A stretch of 61,288 nucleotides of DNA from the NCBI GenBank assembly GCA_900088475.1, contig FLMG01000372.1, positions 1 through 61,288 of the forward strand, read 5' to 3'. The notes beneath the pieces were generated by a model. It saw only the letters and a list, made by a program, of their open reading frames with translations. It was not told where the DNA came from and ran no database searches. The translations under genes were made by a program, and so were the position numbers. This stretch comes from Hyphochytrium catenoides (lineage: Eukaryota; Protista; Hyphochytriomycota). Shown one piece after another: positions 23,701-36,600 of this stretch (positions within the stretch are counted from its first letter, which is position 1; every line of letters begins with the position of its first letter).

Positions 23701-24300
23701 TCGCTTCCTTACTCTCCGTTCCTTCCGTTTCTCTTCTTCTTCGTCTTTTCTATGGTGAAAAAAACCATGGCCACCACCACCACCTCCACCATCCAGCGAA
23801 GAAAGACGTACAAGGAGACCTTAGGACAAGCTTAATTTGGCAGTCGTAGACAACAGAAATGGGACCTGCCATTAGTGCCTCTTTGAAGACATCTACCTAC
23901 GCCCGCTATCTAGTAGATGCATGCACGGCACATAGCCGGAGGAGGAGAAGAAGAATCAATCAACAATCCCATTCTTTCTGCTGCTGCTGCTGCTGCTGGT
24001 GGGGTGATGGTGGAGTGTGTGGTGACCACGGGATGTGTAGAATGATGCTTCCTACCAACCCAGAAGAAGAGTCAAGGTCATGTTGAGAAATGATTGCTGG
24101 TGGTGGTGGCGGGCGGCCTGCAATCAATCATCATCAGCAGCGCTGTTGTTTTGGCTTGGTGCAAAGAGAAGCAGAAGGAGCCAATCTTACGTACTAAACC
24201 TGGGGGCTGTATTCAGGATAGTAGGGATTATAGCCAGCTTTATTCTGGATGACACCAGTAAGGTTCAGGCTGGGGACACTCGAAGGGGCACAACATAGAG
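14800..24300. other. Gene-poor island of low-complexity triplet runs (CAT, CTG, TAG, GGA, GAA) and decayed gene-like fragments
   Basis: Only one convincing ORF (18542-19321) in about 10 kb; isolated splice-site-bounded fragments with stops near 17.6-17.8 kb and 20.5-21.1 kb. Confidence 0.65.
18542..19321 (+). CDS. Secreted Cys-rich / Pro-Ser-Thr mucin-like protein with an oomycete-type C-terminal Cys repeat, intronless
   Basis: Signal peptide (..LMVLALAALIPLSVHG/K), N-terminal Cys domain, ~90-aa P/S/T linker and C-terminal C...PVSVEG...C...PICVG...GNCP.GS.CG.VKTGVPGCV, like the repeat in oomycete secreted mucin-like and carbohydrate-binding proteins. Confidence 0.85.
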   Translation: MKADQVLRELMVLALAALIPLSVHGKGCSTISECDDVGGKVVVCGCPDSMASTVCIQPGGIFKGGICYIVTDSGTTCSGRGGPAGDPTGFQEECPAGEACISQPGTTLFRSCVKAAPVDPPPPGPPGPSVSPSTLPSSPTTSASPPSTTPETPTTTGAPPGTTSSPSSSAPSSAVPTTTSPPTDRPGPTTVPSSALPSVGPPPGPSECGPGQLPVSVEGGSTGCAAIPICVGGFPEGNCPDGSRCGIVKTGVPGCVPSK

Positions 24301-24623
24301 CGCCGTTTCAATCTCTGTGAAAAGCTAGTACCGGGGTAGCGGCGACGGAGAGGAGACGAGACGCCTGCCAGAAGCTCCAACAGGTAAGAAGAGTCCTGGG
24401 CCTCTAACACCAGCCAACCTAAGGTACGGTTCCGCTGGCGCTAATAAGTGGTGGTGTTTCAGATTGCGGAGTTAGACTGAGAAAGTGGCCAGCGGCGGTA
24501 CTGTTCCTCATAAAGGCTGTTACAGGCGTTGGATATTGAGAGAAGCTAAGCGAAAAGGTATCGGGTGGGGCACCGTGACGTACAGAGCTAAGTGAGCAGC
24601 CTGCTCACTAGCTGGTTGCAGCG

Positions 24624-27600
24624 ATGTCGGCCTCGTCGGCTTCTTCCGTGTCAAGCCCCTCGGCGGGACTTAGAAGGACGTCGACCAACTCTCATCTTAG
24701 TGGTGCCCTGAGCTTTAGAGGTCAGGCCCCTGCTTCGGAGGAGCATTTGGACCAGCGTCGAACTTATGCTTTGTCACTAGTTGAGTGGATCAGAGGGAAA
24801 ATTGTGCTTCCTGGGTACAAGCCTACAATGTGGCAACCGAAACATGCGAAGGCAACCGAAGCCTTCATCCTAGGCCACGATGTGGTCATACTTTTTTCTA
24901 TCACCGCCGACGAGCTTTGCACCGTAGCTGGTCCACCTTTTTCTAGCACCTTCCTCACTCCGGACCTTCCTGGACTAATGTTCTTCATTAAGAGAGAAGT
25001 GCCTCCAAACCCGAACAAGAAGACCTACGGCCTCAACTTCACCCTCCAGTTCGGCACGTCCTCCTCAAACGTTTTGGAATCGCTACATCGATTGATGGAG
25101 TCGATGTACTCAAAGTGGTAGGTCATCGACGGACAAAGATCTTCTCTGTATCCTTATCATTCCCTTTAGAACATGCGCAGCACCTTATAGGTACTGAACA
25201 TGTCTTAACTTCAACCGTTCGTCTAGGATCTATAACGGCGAGATACGTCTTCCGGAGAGCGTGATGAAGGACCTTTCCCTACAAACCTACCGGTTCATGA
25301 CGCAGCTTAACGAGGTGATCCACACGGAGAAAGGTGAGGACCAAGGGTGAGGACCAAGTCGTTCAACCACCAAAATCCTCGTCGTCCATCACTCCAAAAT
25401 CGTCATATGAACAGAGAGACACGTGCTAAAACCTTTCCGCTACCAATTGTTCCTTTACCTTTTCTCTACCTCGATCCTTTCTCCCGGTCTCTGCTTTGGT
25501 CAAAGGCAACACCATCATCTACGTACCATCATTTGTCCAGAGTGAATTCTCGCCTGCTCAGCTTGAGGACAAGGACTTTGTCCAGCAGCTGGACACGATG
25601 ATAATACACTGGACGAGACAGATTAAAGCCGTGGTTAACCGCTACGATGACAGCCGCGTCAGCGAGGATGCGGGCCCTTTAGACGAAATTGAGTTCTGGG
25701 AGCATCGTGCGACTGATCTGGAGAGTATCATTTCTCAGCTGGAGCAGCCCGGCGTCAAGAACGTGGTCAAGGGTCTGCAAACTACCAAGTCTTCTTACAT
25801 TGCATCCTTCACGCGAGCATCGCAACAAATTGAAAATGGAGCTATGGAAGCGAAGGACAACTTGAGGTTTCTGAGGAAGATTGAGCCCACCTGCGTGGAA
25901 CTTTCGAGATCGTCCCTGAAGGATTTGCCCAAGTTATTACCCGTCATCTTGAACTATACTAGATTGATATGGAACTATTCCTCCTTCTATAATACAGAGG
26001 AGCGCATTCTAGGCCTACTGAGGAAAACGAGTAACGAGATTATTAGACGCTGCCGCTCTAGGTAAGTGTCAGGGGCAGGACAGGAAGAATTTGACCTGTG
26101 ACCTAATGTAGCGCGTCCCCATCCAACCATTGTTATCCGGGGCAGCATCTCCCTTGACGAAATGTTCGGAGGAGACATCGCTCTCTCCATTTCGGCACTC
26201 AACGACAGCATCCATTGCGGGGAGGTTTGGCGGTACGTTTCCTTCAAACCATACATTAATATTTGGGTTTGCTTGAGCCTTTCTCCATCTCACTAGACTC
26301 TTCACCATAAACTCTCGCTCGGGCATCACTATAGATTTTGACGTTCTTTGCATGCAGCGAGAGTTACCATCGCACCATCACGATGATGACAAAAAAAGGA
26401 GAAAGGCTGTGGACAACGAGTATCTCGACCATATTTGCTCAGGTAGGGATGTCCTCCGGTGGACTGTCTTCATTATAGCTCATGACGTTTGACTGTATTC
26501 CGCTACTGCAAAAGGTCGACGCCTTCGTTCAAAGGTGTAGAGACCTATTGGAGATCTGCGATGCACAGATGCAATTTCTCCGGCGAATGCCAGGAGGCAA
26601 GATCAAGCCGATTCCGCACTTCTCGGGCACCAGGGCGGAGACAATCATTAAGAGCCTGAAGGTCGTCGAGGAGCAATTCATTTCTCATATTGCCACCCTT
26701 CAGAATGCAGGTATGCAAGATAGTTCGCGTCTTCCTCAGGGAGTACGGCATTATCTTCATTGCGACCATTCCGAAAGCGGTGCACATGTTCTGAAATAAT
26801 AAATTTCAGATTATGATATCCTGGACATTAAGGCCATGCGCTGGCAGCATGACTTCAATGCCCTGAGAGATGCCATCAAAGACATGGAGGGCATGATTCA
26901 GAACGTCATTCATCAATCTTTGGACAACGCTGGAGCGATCATTAGTGCCGCCGAGCTTATCGTGGTAAGTATTTGGACTCAATAATTAAACAAGCACCAT
27001 TCTTAGTCCGCGCTAGGGTCTCATCGTTTGCTTTCTTTCGCGACAGTGCAAGGGCTATTTATTTGACAGTTAGCCTAGATTTATGACTGATGTCTTCTTC
27101 TCCCAATTCCTGGTCCCCAGTCGTTTATGAGCTTGGCTAGTCGCCCCGCGATAGTTTCCTGTCTCAACAAGCGTTCGGCTGATGTCTTTCTCTCATTGAA
27201 GAGCGAGATACTTTTCTTCAGGAACGTCTTTGAGCAGCAGAAGGTAGTAAGAAGGGCCCTCGCTGCAATCGTTGCACATTTCTTACTTGAAACGCTTTCG
27301 TCCTTTTCCTCTTTCTTGTGGACTTGTATCTTGCTTATACTCCTGTTTGGAAAGTGTCATCACTTCTCCTCTCCTGTTACTTCTTGCATAATGCTGACCA
27401 TTTCGGTCATACCGCTAGCACCTTCCGCCGCTTCATCCGCACGAGCCAAAGTTCGCTGGCGGGGCTATGTGGGCGAGGAGCATCTTGCGAAGACTGCACT
27501 ATACGACAGAAGTGGTTTCGGGCTATCTCAGCCACGTTTCTGGCTGCCCAGAAAGCGAAGAGGTGATGAGAATCCTTCCTGCTTTTTCGTTTGTGCAGCC

Positions 27601-30600
27601 TCGGTTTACGTGCGTCAGCTCCAGCATGCCATTGCTAAGGAACCTATATCTCAGGCCTCTGCAGCTCTGGAAGCTGTTACACTTGCATGCAAAGACTTTG
27701 TACAAAAGAAGTACGACGACTGGATAGCAGAATTCCAGACTGTGACTGGTAATTTGGCTGCAAGAAATAAAATAGGAATCACCTTCTCGTAATATATATG
27801 CACGACTAAATCTGCCATGGTGATGTCATCGTCACAGAGACAACCAGTTTACCGGCTCGGTTGGACAGTCCTCTAATTCGAAGAGCAAAGAGGACAACTG
27901 CGGAACACAAGTCCGGCTGTAAGTGCCTATTCGGTCCGAGTCTTCCTCTCACTGTCTTTTACACGATCTCTAAAGGAAGTGTCGTAAAGTCTTTGAGCAT
28001 TTTTGCTCTTTGGTCATTTTCAACATTGAGTGCGTTGCGTCTCTAAGCTTCATCACCTCCCAACTTATTTATCTTCCATGCTTGTCTGCCTTTCACTTAG
28101 CACTGCTGGAAAACAACTTTGATGTATACGTTCTACGGCTTTTCGCGGAGGTTCCACGATGGCAGATTTTGGGTGGCAATTTTGAGGTGCCTTATGCGGC
28201 ACATGACGTGAACAACCAAAGGGAGCAACTCCGCATAGTTCGTGAAGGCATTCAGACCGTCGTCGCGGAATATAATGCAATAATGAATCAGTTGTCTGAT
28301 ACTGAGAGGAAGCTCTTTGAGGACACCATCAAGAAGCTGGACCGAGTCATCAAGCCTGGTTTGGAGACAATTAAATGGAGCGCCAAGAGACACATTACCG
28401 AAAGGTGAGATTGGATTAGATGTACGGGTAGCTGGGTTTAAGGCTGCTCTGCCAACAACAAGTAGAGGGCGATTAGGTGAAACAGAAATTCAACTTAAGA
28501 GGGTACGAAAGGACAAAAAGGTGGCGCAGCTCCATGAGTTTCCAACCGAGAAAAGGAAGTGGTAGAGGCTAAAAGCGGCAGATACAAACTGACCTTAGTG
28601 TGGGACCAGCCAGGAGACAGCGGTCATCCTCCGTGGCTTCTATCACGTGCCTGACATATAAATTGTTTAAGGTTCATTCAGGAAGCACGACACCATTGCA
28701 ATAGTGTTTTGCAAACTATTGCTAGCTTCAAACATAGTAAAAATGCGGTCTCTCGATCTATATCAGAGATGAGAGGAATGATCCTTGTATCCATCGACAA
28801 GAACTATGTCTACAACGTGGAGGAATTCGATGGAAGGCAAAAGGACCATTTGGCAGTCCAAGAGAAGCGACTCAAGACCACTCTTCATGGAATCTGCCAT
28901 ACTATCGAAGAGATGCATGCATTTTTTGAAAATTCGTCAAGTGAAGTGCAGAGGCAGTGGGCTCGGTGAGTGGATAGGAGTCCTCCTATTGCAATCTTCT
29001 GTGTCTTTCTGAGATTTCGGTTTTCGCTATCAGTCTCTCTAACAGTTCACCCACTGCCACGACTACCACTTTTCCCCCTTGGTCGACCGCAACGGCACTC
29101 TTTCCAGAACACCTTGCCATGCTCTACCTTTCACCCGCTTGCTACCTGTGCTTGCATTAGCCCTTGCGATCGGTCTTCACTTTTCTCCTCTAATGCACGG
29201 TCCCGTATCCAGCTATGTGAAGGCAACGGAAACAGATATAGATGAAGCCCTTCGGTTTGCAATAAAGAAGTCTCTCCAGGAGCTTGGCCGGTGCATCACT
29301 GGCGATAAACATACTGAACCGCCGCCACTCTTTGAGCTGAAAGTTATGCTAGGGAATAAGAGTGTCGAGATTGTGCCCAGCACAGGAAAATTGGTGCAAA
29401 CTACCAACAACATAGCCAAGCATCTCATTGAGAGCATCTCCCTCGTCCCGCGCCTACCAGAGCTAATGAAGAGAACCAACATTCAAATCGTACTGCAAGA
29501 GAACCAGCTCTCAGCTCTCACAGCTCTGGCGGCTGTACCGCGACCGTCCACTTCGGTTACCACTTCTACTGCTGTCACGGCGGTTTCCTCTTCAATCGAG
29601 AGCATTGCGGAGAGGGAACCTTTGGAAGTGGACACTGCGCAGTCTCATCATGAGAACTTGAGTAGGCCCTTAACAGTGCGGACAAGTGCTCCGGAGCTAG
29701 AATTTTTAGGCTTAAAGGTGGACCACTCATCCCCGCTGGTGAAGGCCATTATGGGTGACGAGGAGATCGTTCGGGTCATCGTAGGCATTGCGAACTCCTT
29801 GACCTCTTCTATGTCTTCCGTGCAGTCTCATCTGTCCTACTGGAATAAGTACAGACATCTATGGGAACAGGATAGCGCAGCTTTCTTTCGCCGCTATGAG
29901 AAGGCAAACAGGACATTGGATCAGGTAAGGGAGAGGGAAGAAGGTGGATTGTAAGCAGTAAGGCTCATATCCTCCAGGATGGCTACCGTAACTGTCCTTC
30001 TTTCCGCCAAGTTAACTATCTGGGTCCAAAGCAGACGTCTACTATATTACTGCTAACCTGCACCTTTGGTACCCACATCTCGCTAACGAATGCCCTCCTC
30101 GGACCATCACTCATTGCACCGCCGCGCAGTTCCGCTCCGACATTCAACGATACATGGAAACCAACGACCAGATTCAGAAGGAAGATATCCTGACTAACGT
30201 TAACTTCATCAAGCTTGACGTCTCACAGCTCAAGGAAGCCCTCTCTCAGCACTGTCTAAAGTGGATCAACGGCATGCTTCGGCTTCTGTCAGACAAAGCT
30301 TCAGCGGAGCTTAACACTCTCGTGGAGACATTGAAACAGCAAGGGGCGGCACTTAGAGAACGTCCGTCAGACCTCAATCAGCTAGGAGAGAGCGTGAAGC
30401 TTGCGCAGAACGTGAAGGAGAAACTGCCAGAGCTGGAGAATTCTCTACCTCCACTTAGAGAAAAATTTGAGACTCTTGCCAAGTTTGACATTCATCCTTC
30501 GCCAGAAGACCAAGGTGCCCTCGACAGCCTTCCTCGGCTCCTTCAGGACTACTCTCAAGCAGCAACGGAGGCAGAGATAATAATCCGAGATAGTAAGACG

Positions 30601-33600
30601 AAGATGAAGCTTACTCTCCAAGAGGCCCTCACCCATTTGGAGGCACAAACAGCTGAACTAAAAAGGGAAGCATACACGCTGCTGCCCTATGGAGCTGAGC
30701 ACTCTCCCTCCACTGCTAAGGGTATGATCGAGGCATTTGGAGCCAAAATAAAGGCTGTCAAGGATCAGCAACGGTACTTCTACTCGCTTCTATGTTGTTC
30801 AGCAGTCCTTTTTGTGGAAATGTGTGGGTAGACAAGGTCTGCCAGATACATATCACTAACAGCATCATCCTTTTGGCGGAAACCCCTATTCCCGAATCCC
30901 AATATACCCGTGTTGCCATACTAAACTGCAACCTCTTTATGACTGCTTTGCTCTAGCTCCCTGAGCAGTGGTATGGAGATATTTGGCATCACCCAAGGAA
31001 GCAACGAGACGATATCTTCTCTAGAGAAAGACCAGGTCTCTCTTTCAGAAGTATGGGACCTCACTGCAAGCTGGGATGCCTCCTGGAACCAATGGAAAAC
31101 AAAGCTCTTAGGAGAGATCAAGGTAACCACAAGGAGCATTTCGGGGGAACCGATGATTGATTGTTGGGGTAGAGAAATGGCGATTAAAGTGGTAAACTTG
31201 AGGTTTAAAGCACCACCTCCTGACGCTTCCTGCCTATCTCGCTTGTTCTACCCTCACCATTTCCAAGTTGTCATTTCAAGTTCCCTAACGCTTCTCTCGT
31301 CCTGCAACAGGTGGAAGAAATGGAGGCAGCGTCTGCTTCCTTTACCAAGCAACTTCTCAAGATAAGCAAGGAGGCTAAGAAGTGGAAGGTTGTGCGAGCC
31401 TAAAGTGCCCGGTGCTATGCTTTTTTGCACGCCTAAGTACAGGCTACTGCGTCTCATTAGCCATAACTACATGTCCTGTTCGTATATTCTTACCTCCACC
31501 AATGATAACCGTCGCTTCCTCTTCTTGCATGTGCCTCTCAGGTTTGGGAGACGCTGAAATTAAAGCTGGACCAGTTCAAACAGACACTTCCGCTCATTCA
31601 GGACCTTCGGTCGCCCGCGTTGCGTTCCAGGCACTGGCAGAAAATAAAAGAGGAGACAGGAGAGAACTTCGATCCTCATGGAACGGATTTTTCGTTAGAA
31701 AAGGTCTTCTCTTTGGGCCTTCACTTGCATGCAGAAAAGATTGGGACTTTAGCTGCAACTGCCCAGAAAGAGCTAGACATCGAGCTTGCTCTGGAGTCAA
31801 TTAGAGAAAACTGGCGAGGGCTAAAGGTAAGGAGTTTGATGGATATGACTTAGTAGTTACCATTAGAAAAGAACCGTCAGCCAAGACTACCTGCTCCAAC
31901 GCCGTCATTTTTCAGTACCGACGTCAACTATGTGTTCTTTCCTTTTCGCACTTTATGGATAGATATGTTTCACTTTCCTCTATCATACCGCACCTTTCTA
32001 GACGATATTCATCAGCTACCTACTCTCAATCTTACCCTGATCCTTTCGATAATCTTGTGTTTCTTCCGGTGCACATCCACATCATAAAATACGCCCAGAT
32101 CGACATCGCTCGCTATAAAAATAGCTACTTCAAGATCACAAGCACAGAGGACCTGATTTCCCAATTGGAAGAGGACGAAGTCCAGCTGTCCGCAATGAAG
32201 GCGTCGGCGTTCTTCGCGTCTTTTGCTGACGAAATACTAAGCTGGGAAAGAGCTCTCTCTTCTCTATCTGAGACGCTGGACTCTCTGCTATTACTGCAAA
32301 GGACTTGGATGTATCTAGAAAGCATTTTCCTTTCCTCTGAGGACATAAGGAAGCAGCTTCCTTCTGAGAGTGGAGTGTTTGAGGCTGTGCACAATGAGTT
32401 CGTGAGCGTCATGAGCGGTATTCACGCCCAACCTAACGCCAAGGCTGTAGCAACTCAGCCAGGCTTCTTGGCCAAGTAGGAGCTCACTCTCACACTCTTT
32501 TACGATGGGCTTGGCTTGTTGTTACTGTTTCTTCCTCTTGAACTCATCTCCCTCTTATCTGGCTAACTCCGTCCCAGCTCAATCTGAGGTTCTCCCACAT
32601 TTTTGAAGAGAATCATGTCTGACAAAACTAACGCTATTCCTTCAATGTCCTCTTATGTGATGGACAGGCTAACTGTTTTGCAAGAGAGGCTTGACTTTGT
32701 TCAAAAGAGTTTGGACCAGGTATGAAATAGGATGCCCGGCTTCTTACCGTCGTCTTTCGTCTCCAGTTAGCAATTTGGGCCATTCGTTACGGGCGCCAAT
32801 ACCATCAATTGACTCTAGTCGCACCAGACTTCGCTTCCCCTTCTTACATCCGTACCTTGCGCCACCCTCTCCTGTTCCTAGTATCTTGAGACGAAGCGGA
32901 TGATTTTCCCGCGCTTTTATTTTCTCTCCAATGATGATCTATTGGAGATTCTGGGCCAGCAGAAGGATCCGGAACAAGTACAGAAGCACATCAAGAAGTG
33001 CTTTGAGGGAATAAAATCATTGAGTCTGAGGCTGCCTGAAGGGGCCGAAGTCGAAAAGGATAAGGAAAAAGCACTTCCACAAGTGGCAGCGGGAATGGTT
33101 TCTCCAGATGGGGAGAGAGTCCTGTTCCTTATGTCCATTGCGGTAGATGGTCCTGTGGAGCAGTGGCTGGTGCAAGTAGAAAAGGAAATGGTGAACAGCC
33201 TTAGGAAGGAGCTCTCCTCCTGCCTCTTGGGATACAAAGGCAAGAAGGAGAAATGGATCAAGGACCACCCCGGACAGTTGCTAATCACCGCCGGGTCCAT
33301 TATGTGGACCAATGACTGCACAAAGGCCTTACAAGAGGTAGTTTGATACCCTTTGTCAAAGACTATCCCTTCGCTGTCTCAGTTTGATTACAAGGTCTCA
33401 ATACGGTTATGAACTTGTCCTGATCCTCCAGTCTCCTCATTTGGTGCTGTCTTGAACTTTGTTGTTAACCGGGGTACCAATACAGGTTGCAGCAGGGGAT
33501 AAAACGGCCCTGAGGCAACTCAGAAAGCGCTGGGTCCAGCTGTTGCACAAGTTAGCTGAGGGGGTGCGCAGTCCTCTCTCTCCATTAGAGAGGAGGAAGA

Positions 33601-36600
33601 TTGTTGCCCTTATCACTTCGGAAATACATGCCAGGGACGTTATCGAGAAGATGATACGACAAGGCTGTCAGCACTTTACGGATTTTGAGTGGCTGATGCA
33701 GGTAGGGTATTCCTAGCTCATTAAGGAGGTGAAGGGAGGTTGGGGAGCTGCACCCTTCCTCGCAGGTACACTCCCAAGTTAATCGGACTAATGCGGGCCT
33801 ATCTCTATTTCCCTAAATTACACTGCTGTGCAGCTCCGATTCTATTGGAACAAAGAGCAGGGGCCTTCTGGTACTTGTGAAGTCCGGCAGACCCTGAATT
33901 TGCTGAACTACAGCTACGAATATCAGGGAAACAACGGACGACTAGTGGTTACCCCTCTCACAGACCGCTGTGTGGTATGAGAGCAGACCGAGCGTCCTAC
34001 TGACATTCTTATCATCATTTATCTATATCTTGCACTACCCAAGCGACACCAACCAGGGTCGCTGGCTCTCACTTTGACTGCCTCCTCGCGGTTGTGCTTG
34101 CTTGATATCCGCAAACTTCCTTCCGGCGCTCTTCTTTCACATTTTAGTCTTCTTACACATTCACTTGTCCTTGCTACTGCAGCTCACTATGACCACGGCC
34201 CTTTCGCTTTTCCGAGGAGGGAACCCGCTAGGCCCTGCCGGGACAGGGAAAACAGAGACAATCAAAGACCTAGGAAAGAACTTAGCAAAATACGTTATAG
34301 TCACCAACTGCAGCGAGGGCCTGGATTATAAGAGCTTAGGGAGAATGTTCAAGGGGCTTGTTCAAGCAGGAGCATGGGGATGCTTCGACGAATTTAACAG
34401 GATTGAGGTGACACATAGAGTATTCATATTCAACTGCCTTTCAAGCTCCACTCTACCTGATTGCCGCAGGGGACTGAGGATCTTTCACGCACTTATCGTC
34501 TGCCCTTTCTACCTGGACTGGGGTCTGCTATTTGCTTCGTGGTCCCATTGAGTGGTTAACGTTTCATTCCCCTTCCTGTTATTCTCATCTTTCTCATGCC
34601 CTCTATCTGCAGGTGGAAGTCTTGTCGGTAGTGGCCCAACAGATTCAAAGCATTCTTGCTGCACTGGCGATGCGAAAGGATGCGTTTGAATTTCTTGGTA
34701 GTCTCATACGGTGTTCGAAAGACTGTGGCATCTTCATCACCATGAACCCAGTAAGGACTCATTCACAGAGTTTTTGATTGGCTGTTTGTTCTGCATCCAA
34801 TGGACCTCATAATCCACCTTGAACGATCGCTAACCGGGTTCTCCAGGGTTACGCTGGCAGGAGTGAGCTGCCAGACAACCTCAAAGCCTTGATGAGACCG
34901 TGTGCTATGATGGTTCCCGATCTTGCGCTGATTGCAGAGGTAGGGAGTGAACCTAGACTGTACTTTAGTGCTGTCTGTCTGTTTGTATGATGTGCTGGTT
35001 GCGTTTAATTATTTGGGTTCTTGCCTAGCGTCACTTGAGCATACCTCACGGGTCTCAATCCTTTCTTTTTGCTGCCTTACTAAAGTCTTGTTGTTGGTTG
35101 GTTCCTCTAACTCTCGCTCGTCACATTAAATCACGCCCTCTCTTTTCTCTCTTTTTTCTTCTATAAAAGGTGATGCTTCAAGCTGAGGGCTTTCAGGAGG
35201 CTAGAGCGCTGGCAAAGAAGACCACAACCCTTTATTCCTTAATGACCCAACAGCTATCTAAGAGGGACCACTATGACTTCGGTCTGAGAAACCTCAAGGC
35301 TGTGCTGAATATGGCTGGTGCCTTGAAAAGAGAAGGAGACAAAGGACGAGATCAGGGCGAAAGAAGTGAGGAGGCGATACTCCTTAGAGCCTTGAGAGAT
35401 ATGAATGCTCCCAAGTTTGTCCCCGAAGATGCGGAGCTTTTCCGTCTTCTCCTCTCCGATCTCTTTCCAGGCTTAGAGCTAATTCCTGCGGATTATGGTA
35501 GACTGCAAGAAGCGATTGAGTTGTCTCTTTCTCTTTCCGGTCTGCAAAAGCACCAGTCAATCATCAGCAAGGCAATTCAACTATATGAGTCTCAGCAGAC
35601 GCGACATTGTAACATGTTAGTAGGGCAAACACTTGCAGGCAAATCCACGGCCTGGAAAACCTTAGCCGCCGCCAAGACCAGACTCTACAAGGATGCCTCT
35701 TCGGGCAGTTCAGGACCTCTTGCTATGTCATGCTTGCCAGTCCGGTATCAAGCACTGAACCCAAAGTCTATCACGCTGGGGGAGCTCTATGGCGTCTATG
35801 ATCTAAACACCTTCGAATGGAGGGATGGAGTCCTTTCGTCCCTCTTCCGTCGTTTCTCTTCTGACGAGAAAGAGAAGGAAGAGAAGTGGATTGTCCTTGA
35901 CGGCCCTGTGGATACTCTCTGGATTGAGAGTATGAACAGTGTGATGGACGATAACAAGGTGCTAACTCTCATAAACGGAGATAGAATTACCATGTCTCCA
36001 TCAATGGCTCTTCTCTTTGAGGTGCAGGACCTCGCCGCAGCTTCTCCCGCCACTGTGAGCAGAGCAGGAATGGTATACATGGACTCCTCTCTACTCGGAT
36101 GGCGACCCTATATCGCTTCTTGGCTGCAGAATAGCATTACTGCCGAAGAGGAGAAGGAAAGGCTTACCCTTCTCTTCGAGAAGTATGTGGAGAAGCTTCT
36201 GACATACAAAGCAAAGAATGCCTCAGAGCCAGTGCCGCTGTCTGATTTCAATACCGTACAGTCTCTTTGTAATCTCTACTCCTCTCTTAGAAGCTTAAAT
36301 ATATCTGGGGTCGATGAGGGAGCACAGAAAGCTGTGGCGCCAGAAGACGAAAAAGAGTCTTCTTCATCGCAATCTGCTCCCCTGTCAGAAGCAGCCACCG
36401 AGAAGCTCTTCGTCTTCTGTGTCATCTGGTCCCTGCTGGCTGGTGTCGATGAACGGGGAAGGAAAATATTGGATATGTTTCTCCGGGACATTGAGACGAT
36501 ATTGCCACCAGCGCAGACTATTTATGACTATCAAATAGACCTCAAGGTATTGGCTGTATTTGAAACTTTTGATGGTTGTGAATCCATACTCTTTTCTTCT

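Noticed and set aside
35170-36546. Nucleosome-scale CpG periodicity (Dnmt5-type linker pattern)
   Set aside because: CpG positions in this long exon look evenly scattered by eye; a formal autocorrelation was not possible.
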